A stretch of 22,086 bases of DNA from Octopus sinensis (Eukaryota). The notes beneath the pieces were generated by a model, which was not told where the DNA came from, searched no databases, and saw only the letters and a list, made by a program, of their open reading frames with translations. Of the stretch, positions 18,925 to 22,086 are shown in pieces; the first letter of the stretch is position 1; each line of letters opens with the position of its first letter. The position numbers were made by a program, and so were the translations under genes. The stretch spans positions 1-22,086 of the forward strand of contig NW_021823601.1 in the NCBI RefSeq assembly GCF_006345805.1, in the 5' to 3' direction.

Positions 18925-19341
18925 ACTCTTTTACTCTTTTACTCTTTTACTCTTTTACTTGTTTCAGTCATTTGACTGCGGCCATGCTGGAGCACCGCCT
19001 TTAGTCGAGCAAATCGACCCCGGAACTTATTCTTTGTAAGCCCAGTACTTATTCTATCGGTCTCTTTTTGCCGAACCGCTAAGTGACGGGGACGTAAACA
19101 CACCAGCATCGGTTGTCAAGCAATACTAGGGGGACAAACACAGACACACACACAAACACACATATATATATATTTACATATATACGACAGGCTTCTTTCA
19201 GTTTCCGTCTACCAAATCCACTCACAAGGCATTGGTCGGCCCGGGGCTATAGCAGAAGACACTTGCCCAAGATGCCACGCAGTGGGACCGAACCCGGAAC
19301 CATGTGGTTGGTTAGCAAGCTACTTACCACACAGCCACTCC
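18925..19341 (-). mobile_element. SINE family A, full length, young-looking reference copy
   Basis: Minus-strand head GGAGTGGCTGTGTGGTAAGTAGC..CCGGGTTCGGTCCCACTGCGTGGCA (A and B boxes), central (TA)/(GT) microsatellite, and a 3' end ..GCTCCAGCATGGCCGCAGTCAAATGACTGAAACAAG followed by about four TAAAAGAG tail repeats. Confidence 0.92.
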
Positions 19342-20550
19342 TTTATTTTGTTTTTAGAATTGTCGAACGTGTGTCGTATTATAGACAGGAAACTATATTT
19401 CGAACGCAGTATAACCGACGGGAATAAAAAAACCCAAAAAGAACAGAAACAGTCAACAGACAGGTCTGTTGACAACTTTTTTTTCCGTCTTATCAGAGTA
19501 AGAAAACCCAATCTTTCTGCTGTTTTTACGGCTGTACTACGCTTGAAGTACCACTTTCTTCTGTATGATATGTATTTTAACGTTTAAAAATATCGTTAGA
19601 ACAATTGGAACGAAACGGTTAAAAACAGTAAGAAGAAAAACAGTTGTAGCAACATTATCACAATATTAACAAACGCAAAAAAAAAAAGGAAAAGAAAAAT
19701 ACAAGAAAAAAGTTTTAAGCCAACCAACTTTTATGAGCAAATATGTTGCTTTTTGTTTTGCAGTTAAGAAGACTGCAAGCAGTCTTTTTACCTGTATTGC
19801 CTGCTAAAAAGGAGCTTTGAGCATGAGTTACTTAGCAGAGAAAAGATATATGCGGTAGAAATACGTGACCAAGACAAATGCCACCTTGCTTGAGCTAATA
19901 GATATCGAGGGAAAAAGCCACATGTCTCTCCATTGCTAAAGATACATGAGTTTTCCTTATATTCTTCGAACAACAACTGAAGGGTTTTCTGATTGATGCG
20001 TGTTGCGACGCCATTATGTTGGCTGGAGTAAGAATTATGCGACCGTTCACCTGGTGACTAAAACCGATGCTAGAATGGAATAAATGAGGAAATGTTTCTG
20101 CATATACCTATTCATAATGTAGTGCTATAATATATAGAGCAACTCTACTCTGGACCATGGCTCTAGCTAGACAGGTCTAGACTTTTAGCGAATATGGAGT
20201 TACTATCACTCGCCAGATCTCCCAGATCTGTTCTGATTTGGGACGATATTAGCTGTCAAGGAGCCTGCTATATGTCAAATAGCAAACGATATTCCTGCGC
20301 ACAAAGCATAAAAATCTGGGATCAGGGCTAACCCCTAGACGTGCGTACGCAAGCCCACTATAGCGTGGATAAGACCTGGTTTCACGTGAGCCAGACGGTT
20401 GCCTAACCTTCAAACAAGCCCTGTGTCTCAAGGTTACGCCCAATAGAATAAGGAGCTAGCTGAGTAGAATAAGAATAAACCAGCAGAGGGAAACTGGAAA
20501 TAATTGCCGAATCATTAATCTTCAAAACAACTACAAGTAAACAATATAAG

Positions 20551-20682
20551 CCGTCGGGGTTGGTATTACTTTTCATCGTTGCGGGCCATCAAAATTAAAA
20601 CCAGTTGAGAACTGAGAGCGATCCAATCAACTGCCTTCCTTTCCTTTCCCGAAACTGCTGGCTTTGTGCTAAAATTTGAAAT
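20551..20682 (+). mobile_element. SINE family B, very old core and tail fragment
   Basis: GCCGTCGGGGTTGG..CTTTTCATCGTTGCGGG..AAAACCAGTTGAGAACTG..AATCAACT..GAAACTGCTGGCTTTGTGCTAAAATTTGAAATC resembles the core and tail of 11670-11860. Confidence 0.6.
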
Positions 20683-20871
20683 CGTTAATTTACACAGCGT
20701 TCTTCGGTCAGCATCGCCAAAGGACTTAGCACATTCAGGAAAAAAGGTAACGCAAAACTACGAATATATGTGTGCATGTGCGGGCGTGTGTATTTATGTG
20801 TGCTTGTGTGTATGTGTGTCTATATATGTATGTATATATATATATTATATATATAATTATTTATATATATA

Positions 20872-21016
20872 GGTAAACAGTAAAAATAATTACAGACATG
20901 GACAAGAACATGAAACACCACAGTGACGACACAAGAACCACAGGACGGGAACATTCGAAGCCCTCAGTATCAGTCAAGAACCAGATCATCTTAGCAATTT
21001 CGGCTGAGTAAGAGTA
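20872..21016 (-). mobile_element. short interspersed repeat (possibly a Penelope-like terminus), copy 2 of 2
   Basis: Minus strand GCCGAAATTGCTAAGATGATCTGGTTCTTGACTGATAC..GGCTTCGAATGTTCCCGTCCTGT aligns with 2077-2249; (TA)n lies on both sides. Confidence 0.5.
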
Positions 21017-21035
21017 ATATATAATATATAGATAT

Positions 21036-21073
<38 letters not shown>

Positions 21074-21086
21074 GATAGATATATAG

Positions 21087-21119
<33 letters not shown>

Positions 21120-21289
21120 TGAGAGAAAGATAGATTAGATAGACTGGTCGAGAGAGAGAGAGAGAAGATAAGAATGGAGCAATACATCTATCTTTAGATG
21201 ATTGCATAACGTCTAACTTATATCTTGTTTTATATATATATTATATATATATATAATATATATATATATATATAATATATATATATATG

Positions 21290-21328
<39 letters not shown>

Positions 21329-21600
21329 TATAATACATACATTTAATATATGTGAATGCGTATATATATATATTTATATATAAAATAAATCTACGTGATG
21401 TGTGTATATATATATATATGCATTTGTGTATTCATATATATATATATATATGTTTGTGTGTCTGTGCATGTATACATATATAGATATATAGATATATATG
21501 TTTGTGTGTGCGCGCGTGTATATATATATATATATATACATAATGCATATGTTTGTGTTTCATCTGTGTGTTTGTGTGTGTGTGTGTCTCTCTCTCTATA
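21017..21600. repeat. compound (TA)n/(TAGA)n/(GA)n/(GT)n microsatellite block
   Basis: Directly visible. Confidence 0.92.
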
Positions 21601-21844
21601 TGTATAAACGATTGGTCGTCGACCACTGCTGCACGTAATAAAGCCGTGGACACCTGCCGTAAATTTAGCGTAAAAACCAATAGTGTGTTCCCATTTTTTG
21701 GCCGATTTTGTTGATTTCTGCTTTTATTTCTTTTCCATTTATTTATTTTGATTTTATGTGTTTTGCGGCAAAAGGGTGGATGGGGGTTATGCGTTTCAAG
21801 GGTACTGGGTATGGGATAAATTGTGGCTTAGCTTTTGTCCGTTT

Positions 21845-21919
21845 GTCTCTAGATCTCTGTCTCTCTCTCCCTCTCTCTCTCTCTCTCCTCTCTTTCTACC
21901 CTCTATCGCATTGTTTGTG

Positions 21920-21950
<31 letters not shown>

Positions 21951-22086
21951 ATTTGCTTTCTTTCTATTCATTCATTCTTTCTTTGTTTCTCTTTCTTTCG
22001 TTCTTACTTCCTTTCTTTCTTGCTTTCTTTCTTCCTTCTTTACTTCCTTTCTTTCTTTCATTATCTCTCTCTGTCTTTCTTTTATT
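21845..22086. repeat. (CT)n/(CTTT)n polypyrimidine repeat
   Basis: Directly visible. Confidence 0.93.

Noticed and set aside
19768-19789. AAGACTGC-AA-GCAGTCTT hairpin followed by a T-run, resembling an intrinsic terminator
   Set aside because: Rho-independent terminators are bacterial, and one 8-bp inverted repeat in 22 kb is expected by chance.
172-21680. Numerous Y/I/H/T/C/V-rich ORFs in the track
   Set aside because: They are translations of (TA)n, (CA)n, (GT)n, (ATGT)n and (ATT)n microsatellites, or chance frames across SINEs.

Overview
This is repeat-dense eukaryotic non-coding DNA (intergenic or deep intronic). The SINE families and microsatellite load resemble octopus genomes; that assignment is from recall and is not verified. 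No intact host protein-coding gene is supported, and nearly all ORFs in the track are translations of microsatellites. Recognisable content: (1) one decayed DD37D/maT (Tc1/mariner superfamily) transposon at 6935-8104, with TIRs and a TA duplication, nested inside a SINE; (2) about 18 tRNA-headed SINE copies or fragments from three families, called A, B and C here; (3) Penelope-like termini, two of which carry minimal type-I hammerhead ribozyme motifs with a shared non-canonical CCGANGA core; (4) a 252-bp inverted repeat next to one hammerhead; (5) a 4 x 139-bp tandem array of Pol III-like units; (6) an (AAT)n-embedded element of about 550 bp; (7) a 1.8-kb degenerate GAT/GGT triplet array with an internal 628-bp duplication. 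The best leads are the 139-bp array, the hammerhead variants, and a SINE-into-SINE junction seen three times at the same nucleotide. All coordinates and counts were done by eye.
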